From assembly GCF_030013595.1 (NCBI RefSeq), contig NZ_CP122768.1: a DNA stretch of 64,000 bases. One strand, 5' to 3'. This stretch comes from Escherichia coli (GTDB lineage Bacteria; Pseudomonadota; Gammaproteobacteria; Enterobacterales; Enterobacteriaceae). This document shows, in pieces, positions 22,863 to 36,737 of this stretch. A program made the translations under genes and the position numbers. Below the pieces are notes generated by a model. That model was not told where the DNA came from and made no database searches. It saw only the letters and a program-made list of their open reading frames with translations. Position 1 is the first letter of the stretch; every line of letters begins with the position of its first letter.

Positions 22863-23512
22863 TGTTGGATCTGTTTGCCGATGCTGAACCGTGGCAAGAG
22901 CCACTGGCGGCTGGAGCGGTGATTTTACGGCGTTTTGCTTTTAACGCTGCGGAGCAACTGATCCGCGATATTAATGATGTTGCCAGCCAGTCGCCGTTTC
23001 GCCAGATGGTCACTCCAGGCGGATATACCATGTCGGTGGCGATGACCAACTGTGGGCATCTGGGCTGGACGACCCATCGGCAAGGTTATCTCTATTCGCC
23101 CATTGATCCGCAAACAAATAAACCGTGGCCCGCCATGCCACAAAGCTTTCATGATTTATGTCAACGTGCGGCTACGGCGGCGGGCTATCCAGATTTCCAG
23201 CCAGATGCTTGTCTTATCAACCGCTACGCTCCTGGCGCGAAACTGTCGCTGCATCAGGATAAAGACGAACCGGATCTGCGCGCGCCGATTGTTTCTGTTT
23301 CTCTGGGCTTACCCGCGATTTTTCAATTTGGCGGCCTGAAACGAAATGATCCGCTAAAACGTTTGTTGTTGGAACATGGCGATGTGGTGGTATGGGGCGG
23401 TGAATCGCGGCTGTTTTATCATGGCATTCAACCGTTGAAAGCGGGGTTTCATCCACTCGCCGGCGACTGCCGCTACAACCTGACATTCCGGCAGGCAGGT
23501 AAAAAAGAATAA
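22862..23512 (+). CDS. alkB: alpha-ketoglutarate-dependent dioxygenase AlkB
   Basis: 216 aa, start overlaps ada stop. Confidence 0.95.
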   Translation: MLDLFADAEPWQEPLAAGAVILRRFAFNAAEQLIRDINDVASQSPFRQMVTPGGYTMSVAMTNCGHLGWTTHRQGYLYSPIDPQTNKPWPAMPQSFHDLCQRAATAAGYPDFQPDACLINRYAPGAKLSLHQDKDEPDLRAPIVSVSLGLPAIFQFGGLKRNDPLKRLLLEHGDVVVWGGESRLFYHGIQPLKAGFHPLAGDCRYNLTFRQAGKKE

Positions 23513-23587
23513 AAATAAGAATTATTATTGCTGTGTGCGCGAAGATGTTTAAACTGCGGGCTGTAATTCATTGTCCGGGTTTTCTGC

Positions 23588-25231
23588 ATGGAACTTCTTG
23601 TACTTGTCTGGCGGCAGTATCGCTGGCCATTTATCAGTGTGATGGCGCTAAGCCTCGCCAGTGCGGCTTTAGGCATTGGCTTAATTGCTTTTATCAATCA
23701 GCGCCTTATCGAAACGGCGGATACCAGTCTGCTGGTGTTGCCGGAGTTTCTGGGATTATTGCTGCTGTTGATGGCAGTCACTCTCGGATCGCAACTGGCG
23801 CTCACCACTTTGGGGCATCACTTCGTTTACCGACTGCGTAGTGAATTTATCAAGCGGATTCTCGATACTCACGTTGAGCGCATTGAACAACTCGGTAGCG
23901 CCTCGTTGCTGGCGGGATTAACCAGCGATGTGCGCAATATCACCATTGCTTTTGTGCGTCTGCCGGAACTGGTGCAGGGGATCATCCTCACTATCGGTTC
24001 CGCGGCGTACTTGTGGATGCTGTCGGGCAAAATGTTGCTGGTAACGGCTATCTGGATGGCAGTCACCATCTGGGGCGGTTTTATACTGGTGGCGCGGGTG
24101 TACAAACATATGGCGACCCTGCGTGAAACCGAAGATAAGCTGTACACGGATTTTCAAACCGTACTCGAAGGGCGCAAAGAGCTGACTCTGAACCGTGAAC
24201 GCGCCGAGTATGTGTTTAACAACCTCTACATTCCTGATGCGCAAGAATATCGCCATCATATTATCCGCGCAGACACCTTCCATCTTAGTGCCGTGAACTG
24301 GTCAAACATCATGATGCTGGGCGCAATCGGTCTGGTGTTCTGGATGGCGAACAGTCTCGGTTGGGCTGATACCAACGTTGCCGCGACCTATTCGTTGACG
24401 CTGTTATTCCTGCGTACGCCGCTGCTTTCGGCGGTTGGTGCATTACCGACGCTGCTGACGGCGCAGGTGGCGTTTAACAAGCTGAACAAATTCGCACTCG
24501 CGCCTTTCAAAGCAGAGTTTCCGCGCCCACAGGCGTTTCCCAACTGGCAAACGCTGGAGCTGCGTAACGTGACGTTTGCTTATCAGGATAACGCGTTTTC
24601 CGTTGGGCCGATTAACCTCACCATCAAACGTGGCGAGCTGCTGTTTCTGATTGGCGGCAACGGTAGCGGAAAATCGACGCTGGCGATGTTGCTGACGGGC
24701 TTGTATCAGCCACAAAGCGGCGAAATCTTGCTGGATGGCAACCCTGTCAGCGGCGAACAACCGGAAGATTATCGCAAACTGTTTTCGGCAGTGTTTACCG
24801 ATGTCTGGCTGTTCGATCAACTGTTGGGGCCGGAGGGTCAACCCGCTAACCCGCAACTGATTGAGAAGTGGCTGGTGCAGCTGAAAATGGCTCATAAGCT
24901 TGAGTTAAGCAACGGGCGTATTGTTAACCTGAAGTTATCAAAAGGGCAGAAAAAACGCGTCGCGCTGTTGCTGGCGCTGGCAGAAGAACGCGATATTATC
25001 CTGCTGGATGAATGGGCGGCGGATCAGGATCCACACTTCCGTCGTGAGTTTTATCAGGTGTTGCTGCCGCTGATGCAGGAGATGGGTAAAACTATTTTCG
25101 CCATCAGTCATGATGATCATTACTTTATCCACGCCGACCGCCTGCTGGAAATGCGCAACGGGCAACTTAGCGAGCTGACGGGCGAAGAGCGCGATGCCGC
25201 TTCGCGTGATGCTATTGCCCGGACGGCATAA
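23588..25231 (+). CDS. yojI: ABC transporter permease/ATPase YojI
   Basis: 547 aa fused TMD-NBD with Walker [10 protein letters not shown] and signature SKGQKKR. Confidence 0.9.
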   Translation: MELLVLVWRQYRWPFISVMALSLASAALGIGLIAFINQRLIETADTSLLVLPEFLGLLLLLMAVTLGSQLALTTLGHHFVYRLRSEFIKRILDTHVERIEQLGSASLLAGLTSDVRNITIAFVRLPELVQGIILTIGSAAYLWMLSGKMLLVTAIWMAVTIWGGFILVARVYKHMATLRETEDKLYTDFQTVLEGRKELTLNRERAEYVFNNLYIPDAQEYRHHIIRADTFHLSAVNWSNIMMLGAIGLVFWMANSLGWADTNVAATYSLTLLFLRTPLLSAVGALPTLLTAQVAFNKLNKFALAPFKAEFPRPQAFPNWQTLELRNVTFAYQDNAFSVGPINLTIKRGELLFLIGGNGSGKSTLAMLLTGLYQPQSGEILLDGNPVSGEQPEDYRKLFSAVFTDVWLFDQLLGPEGQPANPQLIEKWLVQLKMAHKLELSNGRIVNLKLSKGQKKRVALLLALAEERDIILLDEWAADQDPHFRREFYQVLLPLMQEMGKTIFAISHDDHYFIHADRLLEMRNGQLSELTGEERDAASRDAIARTA

Positions 25232-25436
25232 TATTACGACGCTGACCTGGCGGACTGCTGCCGCCAGGTCAATATGCTAAAAATCCCTTCATTTCTAATA
25301 ACCCTATAATTAATCAACGAAATTATAATGTTTCTAAAATTAGAATATAATTTATAAACATTATTTAAATGTTGTTACTTAAGTGTTACCGTTGATGCCG
25401 CGCAAATCTCACCTGCAATAAAGCGACTAAAAGTAA

Positions 25437-27095
<1,659 letters not shown>

Positions 27096-27099
27096 TGAT

Positions 27100-27235
27100 A
27101 TGCCACATCCGGCATGGTATGCCGGATGTGGCTTATGCTGATAAGACGCGCCATCGTCGCATCAGTCAACCGGCTCGGGCGTTAGATGTCGGATGCGGCG
27201 TGACCGCCTTATCCGACCTACGGGGTGCCGCACTT
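27100..27235. repeat. hairpin plus REP/BIME element downstream of mqo
   Basis: gccacatccggcatggtatgccggatgtggc hairpin followed by gatgtcggatgcggcgtgaccgccttatccgacctac REP-like unit. Confidence 0.6.
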
Positions 27236-27244
27236 CACAGCAGT

Positions 27245-27733
27245 TTAGCGAACTACCGCGTTGTCAATTTTCTCTTCCGCCTTCCAGATGCGGTATTTCA
27301 CATCCACATTGTCTGGCGTATACACCACGATCGGCAGCTTGCTGTTGTAACGCAGCATTCCAGCATCGCCCAGATACGCGGTGACAAATTTCTTCTCTTT
27401 TTTGCCATCCGGGCAGGCCATCATCGTGGAAACCGGGGAACTGACTTTATCAAAGACATAATAATCATAGCCCCAGCCTTCCAGCGTTTTGCTTTCCAGC
27501 TTCCCGCCGAGACGATGCAAATTGCAATCGACTTCCAGCGTCTGACCGATTAACAGTTCTACTTTCAGGGTAGATTCATCTTTTTGCGGGGTTAACTGAA
27601 TCACCTGACGCTTCATGCCTTTTTCAGCTTGTGGATAAGGCGCGATTTTTTCCAGTGGCTGGACACTCTCTGCCGCCCAGGCGGAAGTGGTGGCGAAAGC
27701 GGCAAACAATACTGCAGGTAGAATGGTCTTCAT
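27245..27733 (-). CDS. eco: ecotin (periplasmic serine protease inhibitor)
   Basis: 162 aa with signal peptide. Confidence 0.93.
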   Translation of the reverse strand: MKTILPAVLFAAFATTSAWAAESVQPLEKIAPYPQAEKGMKRQVIQLTPQKDESTLKVELLIGQTLEVDCNLHRLGGKLESKTLEGWGYDYYVFDKVSSPVSTMMACPDGKKEKKFVTAYLGDAGMLRYNSKLPIVVYTPDNVDVKYRIWKAEEKIDNAVVR

Positions 27734-27992
27734 TTTTTTGCTTTCCTTCTTTATTTATAGGTTTTCACCGATGATGTCGCTGAAGGTTAACATATTCATC
27801 AGATTTATTAATTTGCTTTATGAATAACTTAAAGAACATTCAGACAATTTTACCTGCTCTTTTAGTGTTAAATTCTGATGAGGGAGCAAACCGACATAAA
27901 TATCTCTGGTGAATTAATCGCTATATAAATATGTTTATAACCATTTGAAATGTGAGCAAAAGCCAGTTTTTGCCACGCTTCCCGCCACTCTT

Positions 27993-28006
27993 TTGATCCT
28001 GCTACA
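27993..28006 (+). promoter_or_regulatory. candidate FNR half-site match in napF control region
   Basis: TTGATcctgCTACA, centred about 20 bp upstream of the NarP-like 7-2-7 site; weak match to TTGAT-N4-ATCAA. Confidence 0.35.
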
Positions 28007-28011
28007 GGTTT

Positions 28012-28027
28012 TACCCCGATCGGGGTA
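28012..28027 (+). promoter_or_regulatory. NarP/NarL 7-2-7 heptamer pair in napF promoter
   Basis: perfect palindrome TACCCCGATCGGGGTA about 115 bp upstream of napF start. Confidence 0.6.
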
Positions 28028-28140
28028 TGCATCTTTGACACATCCTTTAATATCTTAGCGGCTATAAAAATGGCTTATTAATTATGCGGTTTATTTGGTC
28101 GCTCTCAATTTTCAGAGCGCGTTAATGATGGAAGGTCAAT

Positions 28141-28635
28141 GTGAAGATTGATGCATCCCGTCGGGGCATACTCACTGGTCGCTGGCGCAAAGCCAGTAAC
28201 GGTATCCGTCCGCCCTGGTCCGGTGATGAATCTCATTTTCTGACCCATTGCACCCGCTGCGACGCCTGTATTAATGCTTGTGAAAACAACATTCTGCAAC
28301 GCGGCGCGGGCGGCTATCCGAGCGTTAACTTCAAAAATAACGAGTGCAGCTTCTGTTACGCCTGCGCGCAGGCTTGCCCCGAATCGCTATTTTCTCCGCG
28401 CCACACCAGGGCCTGGGATTTGCAGTTCACCATTGGGGACGCGTGCCTGGCGTATCAGTCAGTTGAATGCCGCCGCTGTCAGGATAGCTGTGAGCCAATG
28501 GCAATTATCTTTCGCCCGACGCTCTCCGGGATCTACCAGCCGCAACTTAATAGCCAACTTTGCAACGGATGTGGAGCATGTGCAGCCAGCTGTCCGGTAT
28601 CAGCCATAACTGCGGAGTATCTCCATGCACACTAA
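28141..28635 (+). CDS. napF: ferredoxin-type protein NapF
   Basis: 164 aa with multiple CxxCxxCxxxCP 4Fe-4S motifs; GTG start. Confidence 0.93.
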   Translation: MKIDASRRGILTGRWRKASNGIRPPWSGDESHFLTHCTRCDACINACENNILQRGAGGYPSVNFKNNECSFCYACAQACPESLFSPRHTRAWDLQFTIGDACLAYQSVECRRCQDSCEPMAIIFRPTLSGIYQPQLNSQLCNGCGACAASCPVSAITAEYLHAH

Positions 28636-28888
28636 CTGGCAAGTTTGCAGCCTGGTCGTGCAGGCCAAAAGCGAACGAATTTCAGACATCAGCACCCAAC
28701 TGAACGCCTTTCCCGGCTGTGAAGTTGCTGTCAGCGACGCGCCGAGCGGTCAGTTGATTGTGGTGGTGGAAGCAGAAGACAGCGAAACGCTGATTCAAAC
28801 CATTGAGTCAGTACGCAACGTAGAGGGCGTGCTGGCGGTGTCGCTGGTTTATCACCAGCAGGAAGAGCAAGGTGAGGAAACACCATGA
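28625..28888 (+). CDS. napD: NapA chaperone NapD
   Basis: 87 aa, overlapping napF and napA. Confidence 0.92.
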   Translation: MHTNWQVCSLVVQAKSERISDISTQLNAFPGCEVAVSDAPSGQLIVVVEAEDSETLIQTIESVRNVEGVLAVSLVYHQQEEQGEETP

Positions 28889-31371
28889 AACTCAGTCGTC
28901 GTAGCTTTATGAAAGCTAACGCCGTTGCGGCCGCTGCGGCGGCTGCCGGTCTCAGCGTGCCGGGCGTTGCCCGCGCCGTTGTTGGTCAGCAGGAAGCCAT
29001 TAAATGGGATAAAGCGCCGTGCCGTTTCTGCGGTACTGGTTGCGGCGTTCTGGTCGGAACGCAGCAGGGGCGTGTGGTGGCCTGTCAGGGCGACCCGGAC
29101 GCACCGGTTAACCGTGGTCTGAACTGCATTAAGGGCTATTTCCTGCCCAAAATCATGTACGGTAAAGACCGTTTGACGCAGCCGCTTCTGCGTATGAAAA
29201 ACGGTAAATATGACAAAGAAGGCGAATTTACCCCAATCACCTGGGATCAGGCCTTCGATGTGATGGAAGAGAAATTCAAAACCGCCCTGAAAGAAAAAGG
29301 GCCGGAATCGATCGGTATGTTCGGTTCTGGTCAGTGGACTATCTGGGAAGGTTATGCCGCGTCCAAGCTGTTTAAAGCGGGATTCCGTTCGAACAACATC
29401 GACCCGAACGCGCGTCACTGTATGGCGTCGGCGGTAGTTGGCTTTATGCGTACCTTTGGTATGGATGAGCCGATGGGCTGCTATGACGACATCGAGCAGG
29501 CTGATGCGTTTGTGCTGTGGGGCGCGAACATGGCGGAGATGCACCCGATCCTCTGGTCGCGCATCACTAACCGTCGTCTCTCCAACCAGAACGTCACCGT
29601 GGCGGTGCTTTCTACCTACCAGCATCGTAGCTTCGAGCTGGCGGATAACGGCATCATCTTTACGCCGCAATCAGACCTGGTGATCCTGAACTACATCGCC
29701 AACTATATCATTCAAAACAATGCGATAAATCAGGACTTCTTTAGCAAACACGTTAACCTGCGCAAAGGGGCGACGGACATCGGCTACGGTTTACGTCCGA
29801 CCCATCCGCTGGAAAAAGCAGCGAAGAATCCGGGTTCTGATGCTTCCGAACCGATGAGCTTTGAAGATTACAAAGCCTTCGTTGCTGAGTATACGCTGGA
29901 AAAAACCGCTGAAATGACCGGCGTGCCGAAAGACCAGTTAGAACAACTGGCGCAGCTGTATGCCGATCCGAACAAGAAAGTCATCTCCTACTGGACGATG
30001 GGCTTCAACCAGCATACTCGTGGCGTGTGGGCCAACAACCTGGTCTACAACCTGCACCTGCTGACCGGCAAAATTTCCCAGCCGGGTTGCGGTCCGTTCT
30101 CCCTGACCGGGCAGCCTTCCGCGTGTGGTACTGCGCGTGAAGTGGGCACCTTTGCTCACCGTCTGCCTGCGGACATGGTGGTAACTAACGAGAAACATCG
30201 TGATATCTGCGAGAAGAAGTGGAATATCCCGAGCGGCACCATTCCGGCGAAAATCGGTCTGCATGCGGTAGCACAAGACCGTGCGCTGAAAGACGGCAAG
30301 CTGAATGTTTACTGGACCATGTGTACCAACAACATGCAGGCCGGGCCGAACATCAATGAAGAGCGTATGCCGGGCTGGCGCGATCCGCGCAACTTCATCA
30401 TCGTCTCCGATCCGTATCCGACAGTCAGTGCGCTGGCCGCCGACTTGATCCTGCCGACCGCAATGTGGGTAGAGAAAGAGGGGGCTTACGGTAACGCCGA
30501 ACGCCGTACTCAGTTCTGGCGTCAGCAGGTACAGGCACCGGGCGAAGCGAAATCGGATCTCTGGCAGTTAGTCCAGTTCTCCCGCCGCTTCAAAACAGAA
30601 GAAGTATGGCCGGAAGAGCTGCTGGCGAAGAAACCGGAACTGCGTGGCAAAACGCTGTACGAAGTGCTGTATGCCACCCCCGAAGTGAGCAAATACCCGG
30701 TATCCGAACTGGCGGAAGATCAGCTGAACGATGAATCCCGCGAGCTGGGCTTCTATCTGCAAAAAGGGCTGTTCGAAGAGTACGCATGGTTTGGTCGCGG
30801 TCACGGTCACGATCTCGCGCCGTTCGATGACTACCACAAAGCGCGCGGTCTGCGCTGGCCGGTGGTGAACGGTAAAGAAACGCAGTGGCGTTACAGCGAA
30901 GGTAACGACCCGTACGTGAAAGCGGGCGAAGGCTACAAGTTCTACGGTAAACCGGATGGCAAAGCGGTGATCTTCGCACTGCCATTCGAACCGGCGGCGG
31001 AAGCACCGGATGAAGAGTACGACCTGTGGCTCTCTACCGGACGCGTTCTGGAGCACTGGCACACCGGCAGTATGACTCGCCGTGTACCGGAACTGCACCG
31101 CGCCTTCCCGGAAGCGGTCCTGTTTATTCACCCGCTGGATGCGAAAGCGCGCGATCTGCGTCGTGGCGACAAAGTGAAAGTGGTTTCTCGCCGTGGCGAA
31201 GTGATCTCGATTGTCGAAACGCGCGGTCGTAACCGTCCGCCGCAGGGCCTGGTATACATGCCGTTCTTCGACGCCGCACAGCTGGTTAACAAACTGACGC
31301 TGGACGCGACCGATCCGCTCTCGAAAGAGACGGACTTCAAGAAGTGCGCGGTCAAACTGGAGAAGGTGTAA
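28885..31371 (+). CDS. napA: periplasmic nitrate reductase catalytic subunit NapA
   Basis: 828 aa with twin-arginine signal (SRRSFMK) and molybdopterin oxidoreductase features. Confidence 0.96.
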   Translation: MKLSRRSFMKANAVAAAAAAAGLSVPGVARAVVGQQEAIKWDKAPCRFCGTGCGVLVGTQQGRVVACQGDPDAPVNRGLNCIKGYFLPKIMYGKDRLTQPLLRMKNGKYDKEGEFTPITWDQAFDVMEEKFKTALKEKGPESIGMFGSGQWTIWEGYAASKLFKAGFRSNNIDPNARHCMASAVVGFMRTFGMDEPMGCYDDIEQADAFVLWGANMAEMHPILWSRITNRRLSNQNVTVAVLSTYQHRSFELADNGIIFTPQSDLVILNYIANYIIQNNAINQDFFSKHVNLRKGATDIGYGLRPTHPLEKAAKNPGSDASEPMSFEDYKAFVAEYTLEKTAEMTGVPKDQLEQLAQLYADPNKKVISYWTMGFNQHTRGVWANNLVYNLHLLTGKISQPGCGPFSLTGQPSACGTAREVGTFAHRLPADMVVTNEKHRDICEKKWNIPSGTIPAKIGLHAVAQDRALKDGKLNVYWTMCTNNMQAGPNINEERMPGWRDPRNFIIVSDPYPTVSALAADLILPTAMWVEKEGAYGNAERRTQFWRQQVQAPGEAKSDLWQLVQFSRRFKTEEVWPEELLAKKPELRGKTLYEVLYATPEVSKYPVSELAEDQLNDESRELGFYLQKGLFEEYAWFGRGHGHDLAPFDDYHKARGLRWPVVNGKETQWRYSEGNDPYVKAGEGYKFYGKPDGKAVIFALPFEPAAEAPDEEYDLWLSTGRVLEHWHTGSMTRRVPELHRAFPEAVLFIHPLDAKARDLRRGDKVKVVSRRGEVISIVETRGRNRPPQGLVYMPFFDAAQLVNKLTLDATDPLSKETDFKKCAVKLEKV

Positions 31372-31377
31372 GCCATT

Positions 31378-32073
31378 ATGTCCCGGTCAGCGAAACCTCA
31401 AAATGGTCGCCGCCGCTTTCTGCGCGATGTCGTTCGCACAGCAGGCGGGCTGGCTGCCGTGGGTGTGGCGCTGGGGTTACAACAGCAAACCGCACGCGCA
31501 TCTGGCGTGCGGTTGCGCCCGCCCGGAGCCATAAACGAGAACGCCTTTGCCAGTGCCTGTGTGCGTTGCGGTCAGTGTGTTCAGGCTTGCCCTTACGACA
31601 CCTTAAAACTGGCGACGCTGGCCTCTGGCCTGTCGGCGGGCACGCCATATTTTGTTGCACGGGATATTCCTTGCGAAATGTGTGAGGACATTCCGTGCGC
31701 CAAAGTGTGCCCGAGCGGTGCGCTGGATCGTGAGATCGAATCGATCGACGACGCGCGGATGGGGCTGGCGGTGCTGGTGGATCAGGAAAACTGTCTCAAC
31801 TTTCAGGGGCTGCGCTGCGATGTTTGTTATCGCGAATGCCCGAAAATTGATGAGGCCATCACCCTGGAGCTGGAGCGCAACACGCGTACCGGTAAGCACG
31901 CCCGCTTTCTGCCGACGGTTCACAGCGACGCCTGTACCGGTTGCGGTAAGTGCGAAAAAGTGTGCGTGCTGGAACAACCGGCAATCAAGGTGTTACCGCT
32001 GTCACTAGCGAAAGGGGAGTTAGGTCACCATTACCGCTTCGGCTGGCTGGAGGGGAACAATGGCAAATCGTAA
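31378..32073 (+). CDS. napG: ferredoxin-type protein NapG
   Basis: 231 aa with Tat-like signal and 4Fe-4S cysteine motifs. Confidence 0.93.
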
Positions 32074-32923
32074 ACGTGACGCCGGGCGCGAGGCGCTGGA
32101 GAAAAAAGGCTGGTGGCGCAGCCACCGTTGGCTGGTGTTACGTCGCCTTTGTCAGTTCTTCGTGCTGGGGATGTTTTTGAGCGGTCCGTGGTTTGGTGTG
32201 TGGATCTTGCACGGCAACTACAGCAGTAGCCTGTTATTCGACACCGTTCCGCTGACCGATCCGCTGATGACGCTGCAAAGTCTTGCCAGCGGTCATCTGC
32301 CTGCCACGGTGGCGTTGACCGGTGCGGTAATTATCACCGTGCTCTACGCGCTGGCAGGAAAGCGATTATTTTGCAGCTGGGTCTGCCCGCTGAACCCGAT
32401 TACCGACTTAGCGAACTGGTTACGCAGGCGCTTTGACCTCAATCAGTCTGCGACGATCCCTCGCCACATTCGCTACGTGCTGTTGGTGGTCATTCTGCTG
32501 GGATCGGCCTTAACCGGCACGCTCATCTGGGAATGGATCAACCCCGTTTCCCTGATGGGGCGCAGTCTGGTAATGGGATTCGGCAGCGGCGCGCTGCTTA
32601 TTCTCGCGCTGTTTTTATTTGATCTACTGGTCGTTGAACACGGCTGGTGCGGGCACATTTGTCCGGTTGGCGCGCTGTATGGCGTGCTGGGTAGCAAAGG
32701 TGTCATTACCGTTGCGGCCACCGATCGGCAGAAATGTAACCGCTGTATGGATTGTTTTCATGTTTGCCCGGAACCGCATGTGCTACGTGCCCCGGTGCTG
32801 GATGAACAAAGCCCGGTGCAGGTCACCAGCCGCGATTGCATGACGTGCGGTCGCTGCGTGGATGTCTGTTCTGAGGATGTATTTACAATAACTACACGAT
32901 GGAGTTCGGGAGCGAAATCATGA
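32060..32923 (+). CDS. napH: membrane ferredoxin-type protein NapH
   Basis: 287 aa, TM segments plus C-terminal Cys clusters. Confidence 0.93.
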
Positions 32924-33369
32924 AAAGCCATGACCTGAAGAAAGCGCTGTGTCAATGGACGGCGATGCTGGCCCTGGTGGTGAGCGGCGCGGTTTGGGCG
33001 GCTAATGGCGTCGATTTTAGCCAGTCGCCGGAAGTATCCGGGACGCAGGAAGGGGCCATTCGGATGCCAAAAGAGCAGGATCGGATGCCGCTGAACTATG
33101 TGAATCAGCCGCCAATGATCCCGCATAGCGTTGAAGGTTATCAGGTAACGACCAATACCAACCGCTGCTTGCAGTGCCACGGTGTCGAAAGCTATCGCAC
33201 CACTGGCGCGCCGCGCATCAGTCCTACTCACTTTATGGACAGCGACGGCAAAGTGGGCGCGGAAGTGGCTCCGCGTCGTTATTTCTGTCTGCAATGTCAC
33301 GTACCGCAGGCCGATACCGCGCCAATCGTGGGGAATACCTTTACCCCGTCAAAAGGTTACGGGAAATAA
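32920..33369 (+). CDS. napB: diheme cytochrome c NapB
   Basis: 149 aa from MKSHDLKK with two CxxCH motifs (ORF track start at 32899 is an upstream extension). Confidence 0.92.
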   Translation: MKSHDLKKALCQWTAMLALVVSGAVWAANGVDFSQSPEVSGTQEGAIRMPKEQDRMPLNYVNQPPMIPHSVEGYQVTTNTNRCLQCHGVESYRTTGAPRISPTHFMDSDGKVGAEVAPRRYFCLQCHVPQADTAPIVGNTFTPSKGYGK

Positions 33370-33378
33370 GAGGTTATT

Positions 33379-33981
33379 ATGGGAAATTCTGACCGTAAGC
33401 CTGGTCTGATTAAGCGCCTGTGGAAATGGTGGCGTACTCCCAGCCGTCTGGCGCTGGGGACGCTGCTGTTGATCGGCTTTGTTGGCGGCATCGTCTTCTG
33501 GGGCGGCTTTAACACCGGGATGGAAAAAGCCAATACCGAAGAGTTCTGCATTAGCTGCCACGAAATGCGTAACACGGTGTATCAGGAATACATGGATTCC
33601 GTGCACTACAACAACCGTAGCGGCGTTCGTGCGACCTGTCCGGATTGTCACGTTCCGCACGAGTTTGTGCCGAAGATGATACGCAAGCTCAAAGCAAGTA
33701 AAGAGCTGTATGGTAAAATTTTTGGCGTTATTGACACGCCGCAGAAATTTGAAGCTCATCGCCTGACGATGGCACAGAATGAGTGGCGGCGCATGAAGGA
33801 CAATAACTCGCAGGAGTGCCGTAACTGTCACAACTTCGAGTATATGGATACAACCGCCCAGAAATCGGTTGCCGCGAAGATGCATGACCAGGCGGTGAAA
33901 GATGGGCAAACCTGTATTGATTGCCATAAAGGGATAGCGCACAAGCTGCCCGATATGCGCGAAGTCGAGCCAGGTTTTTAA
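33379..33981 (+). CDS. napC: tetraheme cytochrome c NapC
   Basis: 200 aa, N-terminal TM anchor, four CxxCH motifs. Confidence 0.94.
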   Translation: MGNSDRKPGLIKRLWKWWRTPSRLALGTLLLIGFVGGIVFWGGFNTGMEKANTEEFCISCHEMRNTVYQEYMDSVHYNNRSGVRATCPDCHVPHEFVPKMIRKLKASKELYGKIFGVIDTPQKFEAHRLTMAQNEWRRMKDNNSQECRNCHNFEYMDTTAQKSVAAKMHDQAVKDGQTCIDCHKGIAHKLPDMREVEPGF

Positions 33982-33993
33982 CAGGGTTATTGC

Positions 33994-34617
33994 GTGGGTA
34001 TGCTTGAAGCCAGAGAGTTACTTTGCGAGCGGGATGAACGAACCTTATTTAGTGGCTTGTCATTTACGCTGAACGCAGGAGAGTGGGTACAAATCACCGG
34101 TAGCAACGGCGCGGGGAAGACAACGCTTCTCCGTTTGCTGACGGGGTTGTCTCGCCCTGATGCGGGTGACGTTCTCTGGCAAGGGCAGCCCTTGCATCAG
34201 GTACGCGACAGCTACCATCAAAACCTGTTATGGATAGGCCATCAGCCGGGGATCAAAACCCGGCTGACGGCGTTAGAAAATCTGCACTTTTATCATCGCG
34301 ATGGCGATACCGCACAATGTCTGGAAGCCCTGGCGCAGGCCGGGCTTGCCGGATTCGAAGATATTCCGGTAAATCAACTTTCTGCCGGGCAACAACGCCG
34401 CGTCGCTTTAGCGCGTCTGTGGCTAACCCGTGCCACGTTATGGATCCTCGACGAGCCTTTTACCGCGATTGACGTTAACGGCGTCGATCGTCTGACCCAG
34501 CGTATGGCGCAGCATACGGAGCAGGGGGGGATTGTGATTCTGACTACCCACCAGCCGCTCAACGTTGCTGAAAGTAAAATTCGCCGCATTTCACTGACGC
34601 AAACGAGGGCCGCATGA
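33994..34617 (+). CDS. ccmA: heme exporter ATP-binding protein CcmA
   Basis: 207 aa ABC ATPase with Walker [13 protein letters not shown] start. Confidence 0.93.
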   Translation: MGMLEARELLCERDERTLFSGLSFTLNAGEWVQITGSNGAGKTTLLRLLTGLSRPDAGDVLWQGQPLHQVRDSYHQNLLWIGHQPGIKTRLTALENLHFYHRDGDTAQCLEALAQAGLAGFEDIPVNQLSAGQQRRVALARLWLTRATLWILDEPFTAIDVNGVDRLTQRMAQHTEQGGIVILTTHQPLNVAESKIRRISLTQTRAA

Positions 34618-35276
34618 TGTTCTGGCGCATTTTCCGTCTTGAGCTGCGCGTAGCGTTTCGCCATAGCGCCGAAATCGCCAACCCGCTGTGGTTCTTCCTG
34701 ATTGTCATTACCCTTTTTCCGCTCAGTATCGGTCCGGAGCCGCAACTGCTGGCGCGTATTGCGCCGGGCATTATCTGGGTTGCTGCGCTGCTTTCATCCT
34801 TGCTGGCACTGGAGCGTCTGTTCCGTGACGATTTGCAGGACGGCAGTCTTGAACAATTGATGTTGTTGCCGTTACCCTTGCCCGCCGTTGTGCTGGCGAA
34901 GGTGATGGCGCACTGGATGGTAACCGGTCTGCCGTTACTTATCCTTTCGCCCCTGGTAGCAATGCTACTGGGAATGGATGTTTATGGCTGGCAAGTGATG
35001 GCGCTGACGCTACTGCTGGGAACGCCTACGCTTGGCTTTCTCGGAGCACCGGGCGTGGCGCTGACAGTGGGACTTAAGCGCGGTGGTGTGCTGCTCAGCA
35101 TTCTCGTATTACCGCTGACTATCCCATTACTCATCTTTGCCACCGCCGCGATGGACGCGGCTTCTATGCATTTGCCCGTTGATGGGTATCTGGCAATTTT
35201 AGGCGCGTTGCTGGCAGGCACCGCGACATTAAGTCCTTTTGCGACGGCGGCAGCGTTACGAATCAGCATTCAATAA
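34614..35276 (+). CDS. ccmB: heme exporter permease CcmB
   Basis: 220 aa membrane protein overlapping ccmA stop. Confidence 0.93.
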
Positions 35277-35317
35277 CGCTGGATTACTGATTTTTGTTCG
35301 AGTCTGGTATCGAAACT

Positions 35318-36055
35318 ATGTGGAAAACACTGCATCAACTGGCGATCCCACCACGGCTGTATCAAATCTGTGGCTGGTTTATACCGTGGCTGGCAATTGC
35401 CAGTGTGGTCGTGCTTACCGTCGGCTGGATCTGGGGATTCGGCTTTGCTCCGGCTGATTATCAGCAGGGAAATAGCTACCGCATTATCTACCTGCATGTG
35501 CCTGCGGCGATCTGGTCGATGGGCATTTATGCATCAATGGCGGTGGCGGCTTTTATTGGCCTTGTCTGGCAGATGAAAATGGCCAACCTGGCGGTGGCGG
35601 CGATGGCCCCCATTGGTGCCGTGTTTACCTTTATTGCCCTGGTTACCGGCTCTGCATGGGGAAAACCGATGTGGGGCACCTGGTGGGTATGGGATGCACG
35701 CCTGACTTCTGAACTGGTGCTGCTGTTTCTGTATGTTGGTGTAATTGCCCTGTGGCACGCCTTCGACGACCGCCGTCTGGCGGGCCGTGCGGCAGGTATT
35801 CTGGTGCTGATTGGCGTGGTGAATCTGCCGATTATTCATTACTCCGTGGAGTGGTGGAACACCCTGCATCAGGGATCAACGCGGATGCAGCAAAGTATCG
35901 ATCCGGCGATGCGTTCGCCGCTGCGCTGGTCGATTTTTGGCTTCCTGCTGCTGTCTGCCACGCTGACGCTGATGCGGATGCGTAATTTAATTTTGCTGAT
36001 GGAAAAACGCCGTCCGTGGGTGAGTGAACTGATACTGAAAAGAGGCCGTAAATGA
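35318..36055 (+). CDS. ccmC: heme exporter protein CcmC
   Basis: 245 aa from MWKTLHQ, with WGxxWxWD tryptophan-rich motif. Confidence 0.92.
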   Translation: MWKTLHQLAIPPRLYQICGWFIPWLAIASVVVLTVGWIWGFGFAPADYQQGNSYRIIYLHVPAAIWSMGIYASMAVAAFIGLVWQMKMANLAVAAMAPIGAVFTFIALVTGSAWGKPMWGTWWVWDARLTSELVLLFLYVGVIALWHAFDDRRLAGRAAGILVLIGVVNLPIIHYSVEWWNTLHQGSTRMQQSIDPAMRSPLRWSIFGFLLLSATLTLMRMRNLILLMEKRRPWVSELILKRGRK

Positions 36056-36261
36056 CCCCTGCATTTGCTTCCTGGAATGAATTTTTCGCAATGGGCGGTT
36101 ACGCCTTTTTTGTCTGGCTGGCGGTGGTGATGACCGTTATTCCGCTGGTGGTTTTGGTCGTGCACTCGGTGATGCAGCATCGCACAATTCTGCGTGGTGT
36201 GGCGCAACAGCGGGCGCGTGAGGCGCGTTTACGTGCTGCGCAACAGCAGGAGGCTGCATGA
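36052..36261 (+). CDS. ccmD: heme exporter protein CcmD
   Basis: 69 aa single-TM protein, overlapping neighbours. Confidence 0.9.
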
Positions 36262-36737
36262 ATATTCGCCGTAAAAACCGCTTGTGGATTGCCTGTGCTG
36301 TGTTGGCAGGTTTGGCGCTGACCATCGGTCTGGTGCTGTATGCGCTGCGCTCGAATATCGATCTCTTTTATACGCCGGGGGAAATTCTCTACGGCAAGCG
36401 TGAAACTCAGCAGATGCCGGAAGTCGGTCAGCGTCTGCGCGTTGGCGGGATGGTGATGCCGGGTAGCGTGCAGCGCGATCCCAATTCGCTGAAAGTGACC
36501 TTCACCATTTACGATGCTGAAGGCTCAGTGGATGTTTCTTACGAAGGCATTTTGCCGGATCTGTTCCGTGAAGGGCAGGGCGTTGTGGTGCAGGGCGAGC
36601 TGGAAAAAGGCAATCATATCCTCGCGAAAGAAGTGCTGGCGAAACATGATGAAAACTACACGCCGCCAGAAGTTGAGAAAGCGATGGAAGCTAACCACCG
36701 TCGCCCGGCGAGTGTTTATAAGGACCCAGCATCATGA
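36258..36737 (+). CDS. ccmE: cytochrome c-type biogenesis heme chaperone CcmE
   Basis: 159 aa membrane-anchored protein. Confidence 0.93.

Noticed and set aside
28852-29670. 272 aa minus-strand ORF; also 30568..31131 and 33349..33942
   Set aside because: Antisense to napA and napC; Arg/His-rich junk translations typical of GC-rich antisense frames.
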